Assembly (NCBI RefSeq): GCF_009914755.1
Contig: NC_060936.1
Length of the DNA: 64,000 bases
Strand: one strand, 5' to 3'
Source: the human T2T-CHM13v2.0 reference genome, Homo sapiens
The position numbers were made by a program, and so were the translations under genes. Below, piece after piece: positions 17,329 to 38,693 of this stretch (its first letter is position 1; the number at the start of each line of letters is the position of its first letter). The notes below the pieces were generated by a model. The model was not told the DNA's origin. It worked only from the letters and a program-made list of their open reading frames with translations, and ran no database searches.

Positions 17329-17835
17329 GTACTGCTAAATAAACTTCAGCAACACTTGGAGGTTCTGCCCATGTTTGTGGGTGGCAGCATGTGGGTGGCA
17401 GGATGCTTCAGGGAATTGGAGTGCTTTAGGTCAAAGTAGCTTATAGACATAACAGAGGAGGTCAGAGTTCTCCTGTGGTTTGATTTAAAGAAGTGTTATG
17501 ATTAGTGGTTCATTTTGTGTATCAAAGTCAAGAGATCTCCAACCATCATTTCTATTTGCAAATGGTGCTGACAGATATAAAAAGGCATAAAAACATGACA
17601 CAGTCATTGTTTTAATGTCAAACCTTAATTCAGTGAGACTTCAAATTAGATAATTATTTGAGGAAGACAGTTGACACCAAGATCCTTTGATATGTAAATA
17701 TGATCTACGTCCCAAGCTAGTATGCATAATGCTATATATGTATATATCATACATACTACTCATGAAGAGTATTAATTTTGGATAGTTGTATGTTCATGAT
17801 ACTTGAACCCTGGCTTGATCACTTACTCACTGTGA

Positions 17836-18159
<324 letters not shown>

Positions 18160-18337
18160 GAAAATACACAACTCTCAATCTCAGTTTTCCCGTCTGTGTA
18201 TTGGGAAGGGTTGTTATGAGGCTTAAATAAAATTATACTTATCAAAGTACTTGGCATAGTAAGCACTTAGTAAATGATAACTATTATTGTTATTCTCAGT
18301 AAAGTTTACTTATAAAAGTTTTTATTTTGTTTGTTAG

Positions 18338-18451
18338 AAATTCCCTTGTTTCATGTCTTAAATGCACGGATTACATTTGGAAATGTTAATGGCTGTAGCA
18401 CTGCCGAAGAATCTGTATCTCAAAATGTGGAAGGGACCCAGGCTGATTCAG
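18338..18451 (+). CDS. ANKRD13A: ANKRD13A exon 12
   Basis: tgttag|AA ATT CCC...TCA G|gtaaaa; [38 protein letters not shown]. Confidence 0.95.
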
Positions 18452-18505
18452 GTAAAAAAATAAATAAATACAAAGTTTAGTTTTGTTATTTAAAAAAAAA
18501 TTTAT

Positions 18506-18811
18506 GGCCGGACGTGGTGGCTTATGCCTGTAATCCCAGCACTTTGGGAGGCCGAGGTGGGTGGATCACCTGAGGTCGGGAGTTTGAGACCAGCCTGACC
18601 AACATGGAGAAACCCTGTCTCTACTAATAATACAAAAATTAGCCGGGTGTGGTGGCGCATGCCTGTAATCCCAGCTACTCGAGAGGCTGAGGCAGGAGAA
18701 TCGCTTGAACTGGGGGAGAGGCGGGGGGATGGAGGTTGCTGTGAGCCGAGATTGTACCATTGCACTCCAGCCTGGGCAACAAGAGCAAAACTACATCTCA
18801 AAAAAAAAAAA
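18506..18811 (+). mobile_element. AluS
   Basis: Full dimer. Confidence 0.9.
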
Positions 18812-18974
18812 TTATAATTCAGTCATCATATTCATAATTCACTCTGAAGCTGGAATATCTGAGGGAGTAGATGTCTGTGTTGGATGAAAGAAAATTTCAG
18901 ATTTAGTTTAGATTAAGCAAAAAAAAACTTGTAGAATATATATGATCCTAGTTATATTAAAAAGAAAGGATGTT

Positions 18975-21053
<2,079 letters not shown>

Positions 21054-21489
21054 AGTTATTGATAGTGTTCTGTGTCTTAGGCTAGGTGAAGGGCACACAG
21101 GCATTTGTTTAATTATTATCATTTTTAAGTGTTCAGATATTTTATATATACTTTTATATATTTACCATATATCTTCCTGCAAAAGGAAGAAACACATTGG
21201 TGTGACTGTGCGTATATGTTTAGGGGGAGAAATCTGCGCTTTTCATTTTATAGTCTTGTGTATTTTTTTATGACTGTGTTCGTTGTTTCCACTAAAATCA
21301 AGGAAAAAGAAAAAAGCTGTATTCTGTCACTTTTTTCTGTCATGCTTCCTCAGAATCTCTCATATAATAGTAAGCCTTGATTGTTATAATTTTGAGCCTT
21401 TCTTTTTTTTCTAATGTACAACATTTTTGCAAAAAGTTGGAGTGGAAATGTAATGAACTCAGACACTGGACGGTTGCCTTTTGTTTCAG

Positions 21490-21650
21490 CTTCCCACATC
21501 ACAAACTTTGAGGTTGATCAATCTGTGTTTGAAATTCCCGAATCTTACTATGTTCAAGACAATGGCAGAAATGTGCATTTGCAAGATGAAGATTACGAGA
21601 TAATGCAGTTTGCCATCCAGCAAAGTCTGCTGGAGTCCAGCAGGAGCCAG
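21490..21650 (+). CDS. ANKRD13A: ANKRD13A exon 13 (UIM1)
   Basis: tttcag|CT TCC...AGC CAG|gtgtgt; contains [17 protein letters not shown] (UIM-type acidic-L/I-A-xxx-S pattern). Confidence 0.95.
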
Positions 21651-22993
21651 GTGTGTTTATCAGAATACTCTAATGGCAGGGCGTGGGAGGTCTTACCCTC
21701 TGGGTTAGCCTCAGTGTTTGGCTAATCTGAAAGATTTATTCTAAATATCAAGTTTGACACATTCATGGTATTTGCATAGGTTATACTTTGTGCATCTGGT
21801 CTTCTTACAAAAGCTTGTTATGTAAGAGACCATCTACATAATCCCAGTCAGCACCATTCACAAGATGTCTTCAGGCAGACTTTCCTTTTCCTCATATTCA
21901 CGCACATAGCTTGTAATTCTGTACTTTTTGAGATGTGCTTCATCATTTTCTAGCACTGAAGCAGTATCATATTTTTCCTGAAGGATTACCTGTGTGTCAG
22001 TAGTCTCGGATGAAGGTAGTGAAGTGGATTTGAATCCCACTTCCTCCACAAAGGGTACCATCTCCCTAAACTCTCTCTGGGTCTCTAGTGAAACAGAAAA
22101 TGAAGGACAGGACAGACCTGTGTAAGCAGTAGGCTTTGTGTGTGTGTGTGTGACTCTATGTTGCCCAAGTCGGAGTGCAGTGGCTGTTCCCCGGCATGAT
22201 CATATTGCACCCTCAAACTCCTGGGTTCAAGAGATCCTCCCACCTCAGCCTCCCAAGTAGCTGGGACTAAAGTCATGCACCACTGTGCCCAGTAGAACAG
22301 TTGCCTTTTATTGTCATATCTGGTTCTCCCTCCATGCCTCACCTACCTGGGACAGTCCAAGGCTTGAGGTCCTCCTCCCCTAACATCAACTCCTTCCATC
22401 TCCTTCCTTCTGTGCCTCCTGGCTCTACTAGGGTAGGGTCTGGTCTGCCTCCAGCACCCTCTGGTGTGTCCTGGGTTCCTGCAGTCCATTTATTTGTTAA
22501 TTGGCTTTTTCTTCCATTCTTCATTCAGATATTTGCAGAGTACCTTCTTTGTGCCAGGCTCTGTGCCAGGTGCTGGGAATTCTCTGGGAAGCAGCCCCTG
22601 CCCTCACAGGGCTGCTGCTTTGAGAACAGTGCTCACACTCCAGCGTCCTCACTGGTTCAAGCTTATAGCTTTCTGGTTCTATTCCTGAGTCTTAGTGCTT
22701 GTGTAATGTGAGTCTACCTCCTCCACTTCCCCCTGCCACCACCATGGCCCCATTCCCAGACCCATTCAGTTTTCCGAGCCAGACCCCAAAGCAAGCATGT
22801 TCCCTTTGGGAGGCATCCTGGGAGAAGACCCCTGCACATCACCATCAGCCTGGTATGCTTTTCCTTTCCCTATGTAAGTGAGCTTAGCTCCCCCCGCCAG
22901 CTCCCAAGTAGCTTCATAAACCTTGTTGACCATAAGTTTTAACAAGGGAAGTAGCCAAAGTCAAAGACTACCAGTATTGAATTGTGTCTTCTA

Positions 22994-23620
<627 letters not shown>

Positions 23621-23953
23621 ACCTGCTTTGGTCACTTGAACTTTGCCCAAGGTCAGCTGTGTTTTTGCTTTTCGTTGTGTATATCTTCCACGTGGGTTAG
23701 CTGTATTTAAGAGACTGATTTTGTACAAAGGATGAGAAGGTTGTGGCTGTGAGTTAGGCTGTGGCATGTTACTACCTCCCACTTAGGTGTTGTTTTTGAG
23801 GTAACCCAAGTCCCTGTTAGCTTTTCACACAGCACTATTGATAATGGTCATGGAAAGACTTTTAATTTGGTTCTTGCTGCCATCGTTTCCTTACCAGAAT
23901 GGCACCAATTTCTCCTAAGACGTATTCATGTCTATCACATTTGTCTTTGCCAG

Positions 23954-24021
23954 GAACTTTCAGGACCAGCTTCGAATGGAGGGATCAGCCAGACAAACAC
24001 CTATGACGCCCAGTATGAGAG
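23954..24021 (+). CDS. ANKRD13A: ANKRD13A exon 14 (first half of UIM2)
   Basis: tgccag|GAA CTT...GAG AG|gtgatt; ELSGPASNGGISQTNTYDAQYER. Confidence 0.93.
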
Positions 24022-24160
24022 GTGATTGACTGACGTGACTCTGGAATAAACCAGGGTGAACACAGGCCTGGACACAGGCGAGCAGACGCGTGGCACTGTG
24101 CATTTGGTCCTCAGGCAGATGTACGGTGCCACAAACTGGCAGGAAAGACTAGAAAAAGTA

Positions 24161-24454
24161 GGCCAGGAGCGGTGGCTCACGCCTATAATCCCAGCATTTT
24201 GGGAGGCCGAGGCAGGCGGATCACGAGGTCAGAAGATTGAGACCATCCTGGCTAACACGGTGAAACCCTGTCTCTCCTAAAAAAAATACAAAAAATTAGC
24301 CGGGCATGGTGCCAGGCACCTGTAGTCTCAGCTACTTGGGAGGCTGAGGCAGGAGAATGGCAAACCCAGGAGGCGGAGCTTGCAGTGAGCCGAGATCGCG
24401 CCACTGCACTCCAGCCTGGGCGATAGAGCGAGACTCCGTCTCAAAAAAAAAAAA
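24161..24454 (+). mobile_element. AluY-like
   Basis: Full dimer with A tail. Confidence 0.9.
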
Positions 24455-25051
24455 GACTAAAGTGTTGGCTCTCTTGCTTCCTCTTGTGGCAGTTACTTAT
24501 AATAACTCTAGACTCTTGATAGCAAGTTTCCAGGAATGGGTGATAGAATTGCTGACTGGTTCACAGGTCAGTGCCATTGGGGGAAACGTACTGAGTCAGT
24601 TTTTTCTGATTGGTTTGATCTTCTATGAATGATGTATGATCACAGGGCCTAGATGTCCTCAGTGGGAAGTTTATATAATTGTAAAGATAAGGAAGTTTGG
24701 AGGAACAGCTCCAGAGATTACGGGAAAAACCGCGAGGATTCATTTTACGAAGACTTATACTTAAGGTGTCTATGAGAGCCTGTTGATGAAGAACCTGAGT
24801 TTTGCTTTAAAACAGATCCAAGTTCAATTCCCAGCCCTATCACTTACTGGTTGGGTGGTCTTGGGCAAGATTGTGGGGTTTCTCACCCGTATACAACACC
24901 TACACCGCCAGTTATGTGGGATTAATTGGCATCATGCATATTAAATGCCTGGCACAGTGTGCCCTTGGTAAGCGGTTAAGAAATGTAGTTACTGCTGCCA
25001 CCATGATGATGATAGTAGTGACTCTCCCTTTTTATCTGTTTTCCAACCCAG

Positions 25052-25247
25052 GGCCATCCAGGAGAGCCTCCTCACCAGCACAGAAGGCCTGTGCCCCAGC
25101 GCCCTGAGCGAGACAAGCCGTTTTGATAATGACTTGCAGCTAGCCATGGAGCTCTCTGCCAAAGAGCTGGAGGAATGGGAGCTCCGGCTCCAGGAGGAAG
25201 AGGCTGAGCTCCAGCAAGTCTTACAGCTGTCACTCACTGACAAATAG
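25052..25247 (+). CDS. ANKRD13A: ANKRD13A last exon, coding part (UIM2-4, stop TAG)
   Basis: acccag|G GCC ATC...GAC AAA TAG; AIQESLLTS...[15 protein letters not shown]...[17 protein letters not shown]. Confidence 0.95.
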
Positions 25248-27120
25248 ACCTTTCAGCCTGTGAGCCTCTGCACAAAGCAGAGGCTGTGGGCTGTCACAGA
25301 TGCTGTGTCAACCAGGGCCCTAGGGCTAAGGGCCTGCACCTTGCGTGCATGCAGCAGGCAACAACTGCCCCTTCTTTATGCAGAGGTGCAGAACCAGGGA
25401 CTCCTGGGCCCATCCAGGCTGCTCCCTGGGGTGGAGAAGGGACCAGGGATTGCAGGCCCCATCTCCAGGCTAAGGGGAGGAGAGCATCATCACTTTCCAT
25501 TAGCTGTATTGGCTTGCAGGTCACATTTTTACTACCAGCTTTAGACAAAACCCCAATCCCCGCAGGTTTGTAGATAAATTTTTATCAAGGAGTGATAACA
25601 AGACAAGTTATTGCAGAGTCAGGGTGCTTTTATATATAAGAGCAGCAGCCGCCTTTGTAAAGTGTGATCTATGAGAATTGGAGACACTTCTTTACTGTTC
25701 ACCAAAGAAATGGGTAATCTGTGCTGATCTCCTTATTTTTACCTTTTTACAGGGTTTCTAGGACATTGTCATTATTCTTCCTCCATCTATCTGATTCCAT
25801 TCCTTCCACACCCAGCTAAAGTTAGAGGAGATACATATAGAATCTATTTTAGATTATTGTTAACTATTTGCATCAAATTAAGATACACAAATGGCCATGG
25901 ATGTTGCCTTAGCCTTAAACATTACTAATAGTTTCACATCACCTCACTGCACGCATCGAAGGATCTGATTTGAATTTGTAAAGGCAATTCTTTTGAGAGC
26001 AGGATTCTCCAGGCTAAATCAAAGGCAGCTAATCCTGTCCCTGAAGGAGCAGCTAGGGGAACCTGAGGCTTGTTCTTGAAGTGGGCAAGCTGGCCAAAAT
26101 ATTGGAACACACAGAACCAAACCAGGTGTGTTCTACACCTGCATGAGTGAAGGATTTCCACGTAGACACCTAGGAAGAGCCCGCATGCCCTAGACTCACT
26201 CCAGAGGAAGGATTGATTTGCAACCAGAAAGGGAGCTGAAAACCACGGAGCTCCATGGCTCTTCATTCAAAAGGGAAAATAATGATTCCACGTTGCTTTT
26301 TAGAGTTCAAATCAACATCTTTCTGGATAAATCTATTTTTTAACAATCTTTTTATTATTTGTAAAAGATATAAAAACAACTCCCATCAGTAGCAATACAA
26401 GGTTATACATTTTAACCAGATTTTCTCAGGCCTTTTTTGGATACCTTTAGTAGTTAACTCTCTTTTGTCAAACCCTCTTGTATATAACCATCGCACAACA
26501 TACAGAACCCTGGGGAATACAGCCAAGGGCACTGCTCACTGTGGCCCGTGTATTCATTCCCACAGGCTGCACTGAAATAACCTGGTAAACAACACCCTCC
26601 TCCATTTTGCGTCTATTTCTTCTATTGTGCTTCTTTGGGGATAGGAAGAGAAACATAACTACTGTTCCAGGTAACGTCTGTATCATACAGTTAGTGTTGC
26701 CAGTGAAACGTTCCCAGATACAAAGAATTGTGCTTTTAATTCCATTTCACAATCTGTTTTGTTTTTTTTTTTTGTCATTGTCTGACCAAAATTCCTTCTG
26801 CACATGAGGCCAGTATAGGCAACGTCACATTTGTTTGTTTCAAATATGCAGTGTGGTATTTTGTTTACTTTGCATTTACCGTGAGCAAAGATACTTCTTG
26901 GAATGGCTGCAGTGAGGCCGTGTCATTGGCTCACAAAAGTGACTCATAGGTAATTTCTGTGTTTGCATTCCACTGCTCTGCTCCCTAAGGTCCTTGACTT
27001 TCTCCCCAGGAATTCACTTAAAAAGGGACTGAGCATTGTGTCAACCTGTTGCAGTGTTTTTCATATATGTGTTCACTCTAAAAATGCAAATAAAGACTGC
27101 TTCCTTAGAGGGTGCTCATA
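25248..27120 (+). other. ANKRD13A: ANKRD13A 3'UTR (end approximate)
   Basis: Repeat-free stretch after the stop codon up to AATAAA 27089-27094, followed by a U-rich tract; contains a Pumilio-type TGTATATA at 26479-26486. Confidence 0.75.
27089..27094 (+). terminator. Polyadenylation signal AATAAA (ANKRD13A)
   Basis: gcaAATAAAgac with downstream gtctttttccttttcagttttttc. Confidence 0.75.
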
Positions 27121-27615
27121 CAAAATTCCAGTCTTTGAGTCTTTTTCCTTTTCAGTTTTTTCTAGTCACTGGATGTACCCACACTTCCTGTTACGTATGT
27201 CAGTAGAACATTAGAATGCCTCACTTCGCTCAGTTCATCACTGCAAAGGTGGCATGCTCCTCCCAGCCTTCCTGCCCAGGTTAACAAGCCCCATGCTGCT
27301 TGTTTCAAATGGCAACTAAAAGCAAGCCAGTGTTGGGCTGTTCTGACACCTCTGTGGTCCTCCTGGAGGGGAACTGGCTCTTGTGGGGTAAGGGAAGCCC
27401 AGCCAACATCAAAGCTCTGCATCAATGCTATCCCTTGAAGCCAACTGCTTTGTGAGGCTGTTCCTAGAAGTCCAGATGATAAGGCTTCCAAACTCTTCCT
27501 ATATCTAAATAAGCGGGTATTAAAAACAACAAAGGCAGTGGCCAGTAGAAATGTATGGGTTCCAGAAATGAGGCTGTATTTCTGGGAAGATGTAAAGGAG
27601 CTGCTTTGCTTTTAG

Positions 27616-28804
<1,189 letters not shown>

Positions 28805-28886
28805 TCAAATTCAGACACACACCTGCATTTCAAACACTTGGGAAATAACTGGTGGAGTAAAACAATATATAGGATTTTACTTTAGT

Positions 28887-28892
28887 TTTAAT
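28887..28892 (-). terminator. Probable poly(A) signal ATTAAA for the minus-strand C12orf76 transcript (a second ATTAAA lies at 29057-29062)
   Basis: Plus-strand tttaat at the end of a ~1.2 kb repeat-free UTR-like stretch below the stop at 30067. Confidence 0.55.
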
Positions 28893-30066
28893 TGACGTTT
28901 TGCTCAAAAGCAAAGAACTGAACATTTCAATGGTTCAATGTTACAAGATTACAAACAAAATCCTTACACAGTTACAGTATCCTACTTCGGTTACTTCACA
29001 TTAAATGCAGGTTGTTAAAATCAGTGCTGTGCTTGAACACAAGATAAGCATTTCAATTTAATAACAAAATTAAATCTAGCACCTTGAAATAAATATTGAC
29101 GACAGCTTTATAAGTATGAAAGTATCATTTCAATAGGAGGAAAAAATCCAGTTCACCAACAGTGGAAACTAATAGCAGCATTTTCAAAGCTGAGATGAAA
29201 TTTGTGTAAACACACACTGGCCCGCACAGTGGACATGCACTTCTGTTGGCTGGGCCCTCCCCACCCAGGGATGAACAGAGTGCCCACTGAGCCTTTTACA
29301 TTCCAAATCTGGAAAGCTGCCTCAAGTTTCAGACCGTGGGCTAGAAAGACTCAAATGCAGGGCAAGGGAGATCAATGTGTTTAAGCAGGATGGGGTCCTT
29401 TTTGTAACAGGCCAACCTAGTAACATTTCCAGTCCAACTTCAGAGCATTCCAGGCCAAAGGTGCATATAGTAACAGGTCTACCTGATGTGACCCTGACTT
29501 CAGGGGGAGCACCTGAGTGCAGGGCAGGATGCAGGTGAGGAACGAGGGCCCAAGATCCCCACAGCTGACACCACTTTGCAACCAGCGCATTCTAGGCTAA
29601 CTCAGGTGAGATTAAAAAAAAAAATCTGTGATTCTTAACCCACTGTAACCAAATGGTTCTTAAATAGGGAATGTCTGCATGGTAAGTCTCCTTCTTAATA
29701 ACATTTTCAAGCATTAATGATGAGTTCTTTACAGTGTGGTTCTTACAGGCACTCACAAGGTTACCATGTTTTCTTTCTCATGAACACTCCATCTTTACAC
29801 TGACCTTTGGAGCTTTCAGGTCTTACTTTTAACAAGTACAGTCAGAAACACTGAGAAGCGGACTCAGGGGCCAATTATTTGCGCTACAGTGTTAGGAAAA
29901 AATAATGTCTAGTACATGTTTTCTTCTAATTCATTTAGCATTTACCAACTGTCCAGACCAAAGGTCATTTCCAAGTAGGAAAGTTTTGGTTCCAACTTCT
30001 CCACTGGCCTGTGTGCAACACAACTTATCCTATTCCCAAATACTCATTGAAGAACTTGTCTGGCTG

Positions 30067-30152
30067 TCACCGACGCCGAATGGGCTTGTAGACACAAAAT
30101 GCCATAAGGATGACAGTCACCAGCAGGATGCTGAAAATGGTTCCCATCAACA
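30067..30152 (-). CDS. C12orf76: C12orf76 microprotein exon 2: TM helix plus basic tail
   Basis: Minus strand cctgttttccctttgcag|TG TTG ATG GGA...CGG CGT CGG TGA; (V)LMGTIFSILLVTVILMAFCVYKPIRRR*; phase matches the donor at 36060. Confidence 0.85.
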
Positions 30153-30468
30153 CTGCAAAGGGAAAACAGGTTACTTCCTAATGGCAGCTCCAGGTTAGGC
30201 AATTCATCCACTCACTGCCAATGATTTATCAAATGCCACTTGCTGCCAGGCACTATGTCAAGTGCTGTGCAAACAGCTGTAAACAGATCCTCTCTCCAGT
30301 TGTCTCTAAATATAGTTGGGGGAGAAACAAACAGATGAGAGCATTTCACATAGCTTGATATACCGTGAAAAAAAAAAACAGTAACATGCTAGGGATGGAG
30401 ACAGGGTGGGCAGCAAGAAGGGGGGACAGTCAGGAAGCATCCGAGGAGGAGACTCACAAACTAAGACA

Positions 30469-35835
<5,367 letters not shown>

Positions 35836-36059
35836 TCTGGCACATATTGAGCACTTGCTGAGAGGCAAAGTTCAGGCCTTCTGCCCCAGGCTTTTGGAGA
35901 GGGAGTCTCGGGGCCCCCTGAGGGGCCTCACCTGCACCCCCCGCACTCACCCATCTCCCCACTCTATCCCCTGTCCGCTCCGTACATGCCCGGCTCCAGC
36001 ACCCGGAGCAGTGAAAGCTCAGGCACTACCCGCCGCCCGCCAGCCCGAGGGCCGCTCAC

Positions 36060-36192
36060 CCAGGTTCTGCCCTCGCAGCACCGCGTACGGCCGGCTCCGC
36101 TCCAGCGGATCCACGGGGCTCGGGGCCTCTGCCTCCCCCACCAGGAGGCTGCAGAGGCCAAGGTACAGCCACGGTAACGCTGGACGCAGCAT
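36060..36192 (-). CDS. C12orf76: C12orf76 microprotein exon 1: signal peptide plus short lumenal segment (72 aa in total)
   Basis: aagATGc (A at -3) in a CpG island; MLRPALPWLYLGLCSLLVGEAEAPSPVDPLERSRPYAVLRGQNL G|gtgagc. Confidence 0.85.
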
Positions 36193-36298
36193 CTTCCCCA
36201 GCCCTGCAGAAGCAGAGAGGCCACTTCCGTCGCAAGCCCTGCCTCTGTCTCCTCCCAGGTCTCTCTGCGTCGCTGCCACCGCCCTTAGGGCGCGCGTC

Positions 36299-36312
36299 AT
36301 TGCCATGGTAAC
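36299..36312. promoter_or_regulatory. RFX X-box
   Basis: ATTGCCATGGTAAC (reverse complement GTTACCATGGCAAT), near-palindromic match to GTTGCCATGGCAAC. Confidence 0.65.
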
Positions 36313-36846
36313 TGTGCGTCCTGGTCTAAGTTCCGCTTCTGCCTAAGATTTGTTCCGGATTAACGTTCCTCAATAACTAATGTTTCCCCCGGACCAACTT
36401 TCCGTTCAGATCAACTTTCCGTCTGTGCCAACGTTCGCCGCGATTACCGTTCTGCTGTGGTTAGCGTTCCCTCATCCATTGGGGTCGAGGTCTTGTAGGT
36501 CCATTTGGGGCCTATTGAAGATTTTTTACGAATCCATGCATTTTCTTATTAAACCTTCATTACGGGCCTGGAAAATAGATACTGTGTTTCTATAGTACAA
36601 ATGCCATCTTCTCAGGGAGCCCTTGCCCAGACATCCTTTTCTAAAATTGCAACCCTCCCTTTCCCTTAATGTACATTCTCCCTACCTTCGTTCTCTTCCA
36701 TTCCCCCCATTCACTTTAGACTCATCACCATTTACCTTATACATTTAACGTACATTTGATGATTTTCTGAGGACCTGCTCCGCCCTAGCATGTAAAGTCC
36801 ACGAGCACAGCGATTTTGTTCTTGCTCTCTGCTCTGTCCCAGAGAC

Positions 36847-37810
36847 TGGGGGAGAGAGAGACCCTCTCATTTTGTTTTATATTGTTTTATACTCAGTACC
36901 TGTTTTAAGAAGAAACAACAAGGAAGTGAAACCAAAGACGGGCAGCCCGGCGCCAGGCCCGAAACCAGGCCTGGGCCTGCCTGGCCTAAACCCAGTTTCA
37001 TGTGTGTGAAGAGACCACCAAACGTGTGTGAAGAGACCACCAAACAGGCTTTGTGTGAGCAACATGGCTGTTTATTTCACCTGGGTGCAGGCGGGCTGAG
37101 TCCGAAAAGAGAGTAAGCAAAGGGTGGTGGATTATCATTAGTTCTTACAGGTTTTGGGATAGGCGGTGAAGTTAAGAGCAATGTTTTGCGGGCAGGGGTG
37201 GATCTCACGAAGTACATTCTCAAGGGTAGGGAGAATTACAAAGAACCTTCTTAAGGTTGGGGGAGATTACAAAGTACCTTAAGGGTGGGGGAGATTACAA
37301 AGTACATTGATCAGTTAGGGTGGGGCAGAAACAAATCACAATGGTGGAATGTCATCAGTTAAGGCTATTTTTACTTCTTTTGTGGATCTTCAGTTACTTC
37401 AGGCCATCTGGATGTATACGTGCAAGTCACAGGGGATGCGATGGCTTGGCTTGGGCTCAGAGGCCTCACACCCAGTAGCTAAAAATCAACTCATAACTTA
37501 GAAACCGATGTTATTCATAGATTCCAGACATTGTATAGAAGAACGTTGTGAAACTCCCTGCCCTGTTCTGTTTCTCTCTTACCACTGGTGCATGCAGCCC
37601 CTGTCACGTACCACCTACTTGCTCAAATCAATCACGACCCTTTCATGTGAAATCTTTAGTGCTGTGAGGAGCCCTTAAAAGGGACAGAAATTGTGCATTC
37701 GGGGAGCTCGGATTTTAAGGCAGTAGCTTGCCGATGCTGCCAGCTGAATAAAGCCCTTCCTTCTACAACTCGGTGTCTGAGAGGTTTTGTCTGCGGCTCG
37801 TCCTGCTACA
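36847..37810 (+). mobile_element. Solo LTR, LTR14/HERV-K14-like, split by an LTR7
   Basis: gagagaccctctcat...aataaagcccttccttc...gctcgtcctgctaca; continuous once 36996-37475 is removed. Confidence 0.7.
36996..37470 (-). mobile_element. Solo LTR7 (HERV-H)
   Basis: Minus strand tgtgaggcctctgagcccaagccaagccatcgcatcccctgtgacttgcacg...catgaaa; 5-bp TSD CCCAG (36991-36995, 37471-37475). Confidence 0.88.
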
Positions 37811-38040
37811 AGACTAGAAGAGTAGCATATTATATTCAGTAACTGTTTGCTGAATACATGAGGGAATTGAGCTAAGTGTTTGGCCCAACACTGCACACAC
37901 AAAGTGGCAGAGCTAGAATTTGACCCAAGCATAGTTTTGAATCTGGAGGCTTTACCACCTCACACATTGCCTCACCTCCTGAAGGTTTGATTTGTAGTGG
38001 GATTAGTATCATTCACCTCACAATGGATGTGCAATACAAA

Positions 38041-38678
38041 TGTCAGAGGCGTGTGAACCAGAGCAACTCCATCTTAAATAGGAGCTGGGTAAAATGAGGC
38101 TGAAACCTACTGGGCTGAATTCCCAGACGGTTAAGGCATTCTAAGTCACAGGATGATATAGGAGGTCAGCACAAAATACAGGTCATAAAGACCTTGCTGA
38201 TAAAACAGGTTGCAGTAAAGGAGCCTGCTATAAACCACCAAAACCAAAATGGTGACAAGAGTGACCTCTGGTCGTCCTCACTGCTACACTCCCAGCAGCG
38301 CCATGACAGTTTACAAATGCCATGGTAATGTCAGGAAGTTACCCTATATGGTCTAAAAGGGGGAGGCATGAATAATCCACCCCTCGTTTAGCGTATCATC
38401 AAGAAATAATCATAAAAATGCCTAACCAGCAGCCCTCGGGGGCTACTCTGTCTATGGAGTAGCCATTCTTTTATTCCACTACTTTATTAATAAACTTGCT
38501 TTCACTTTGCACTGTGGACTTGCCCTAATTCTTTCTTGCGCTAGATCCAAGAACCCCCTCTTGGGGTCTGGATCGGGACCCTTTTCCTGTAACGTATTTC
38601 TGGCAACCACAGAAGGGACTATAGTGCAGAAACCTGACCCAATGGCTACCTTTGGGTAAGTGTTGGGGTCCGTTAACA
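38041..38678 (+). mobile_element. MER41 (A-type) LTR plus a short internal/PBS-like fragment
   Basis: tgtcagaggcgtgtgaaccagagcaactccatctt...ggacccttttcctgtaac, then tggcaaccacagaagggac. Confidence 0.8.
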
Positions 38679-38693
38679 CTACCAGGTGTTCAC

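Larger units (their letters stand above)
35900..36450. promoter_or_regulatory. CpG-island promoter of the C12orf76 microprotein gene
   Basis: The only dense non-Alu CpG cluster in the window; ETS motif ACTTCCG 36223-36229, further TTCCG cores, CGTCA half-site. Confidence 0.85.

Noticed and set aside
36060-36203. In-frame fusion of P2X7 exon 2 to the microprotein through the cryptic acceptor ttctgcag at 36203
   Set aside because: Phase-0 entry reads GWGRCC... (wrong frame) and then hits TGT TGA in the last exon, so no two-TM chimera forms.
36019-36306. 95-aa unspliced ORF, or a 38-aa N-terminally extended microprotein as the main product
   Set aside because: The upstream ATGs fall in promoter motifs that probably lie before the TSS and would bury the signal peptide; the C-terminus reads through a consensus donor.
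38041-38592. MER41 as an interferon-inducible STAT1 enhancer
   Set aside because: The tandem GAS (TTCnnnGAA) segment typical of MER41B is absent here (…gggaggcatgaataatccac…), consistent with MER41A.
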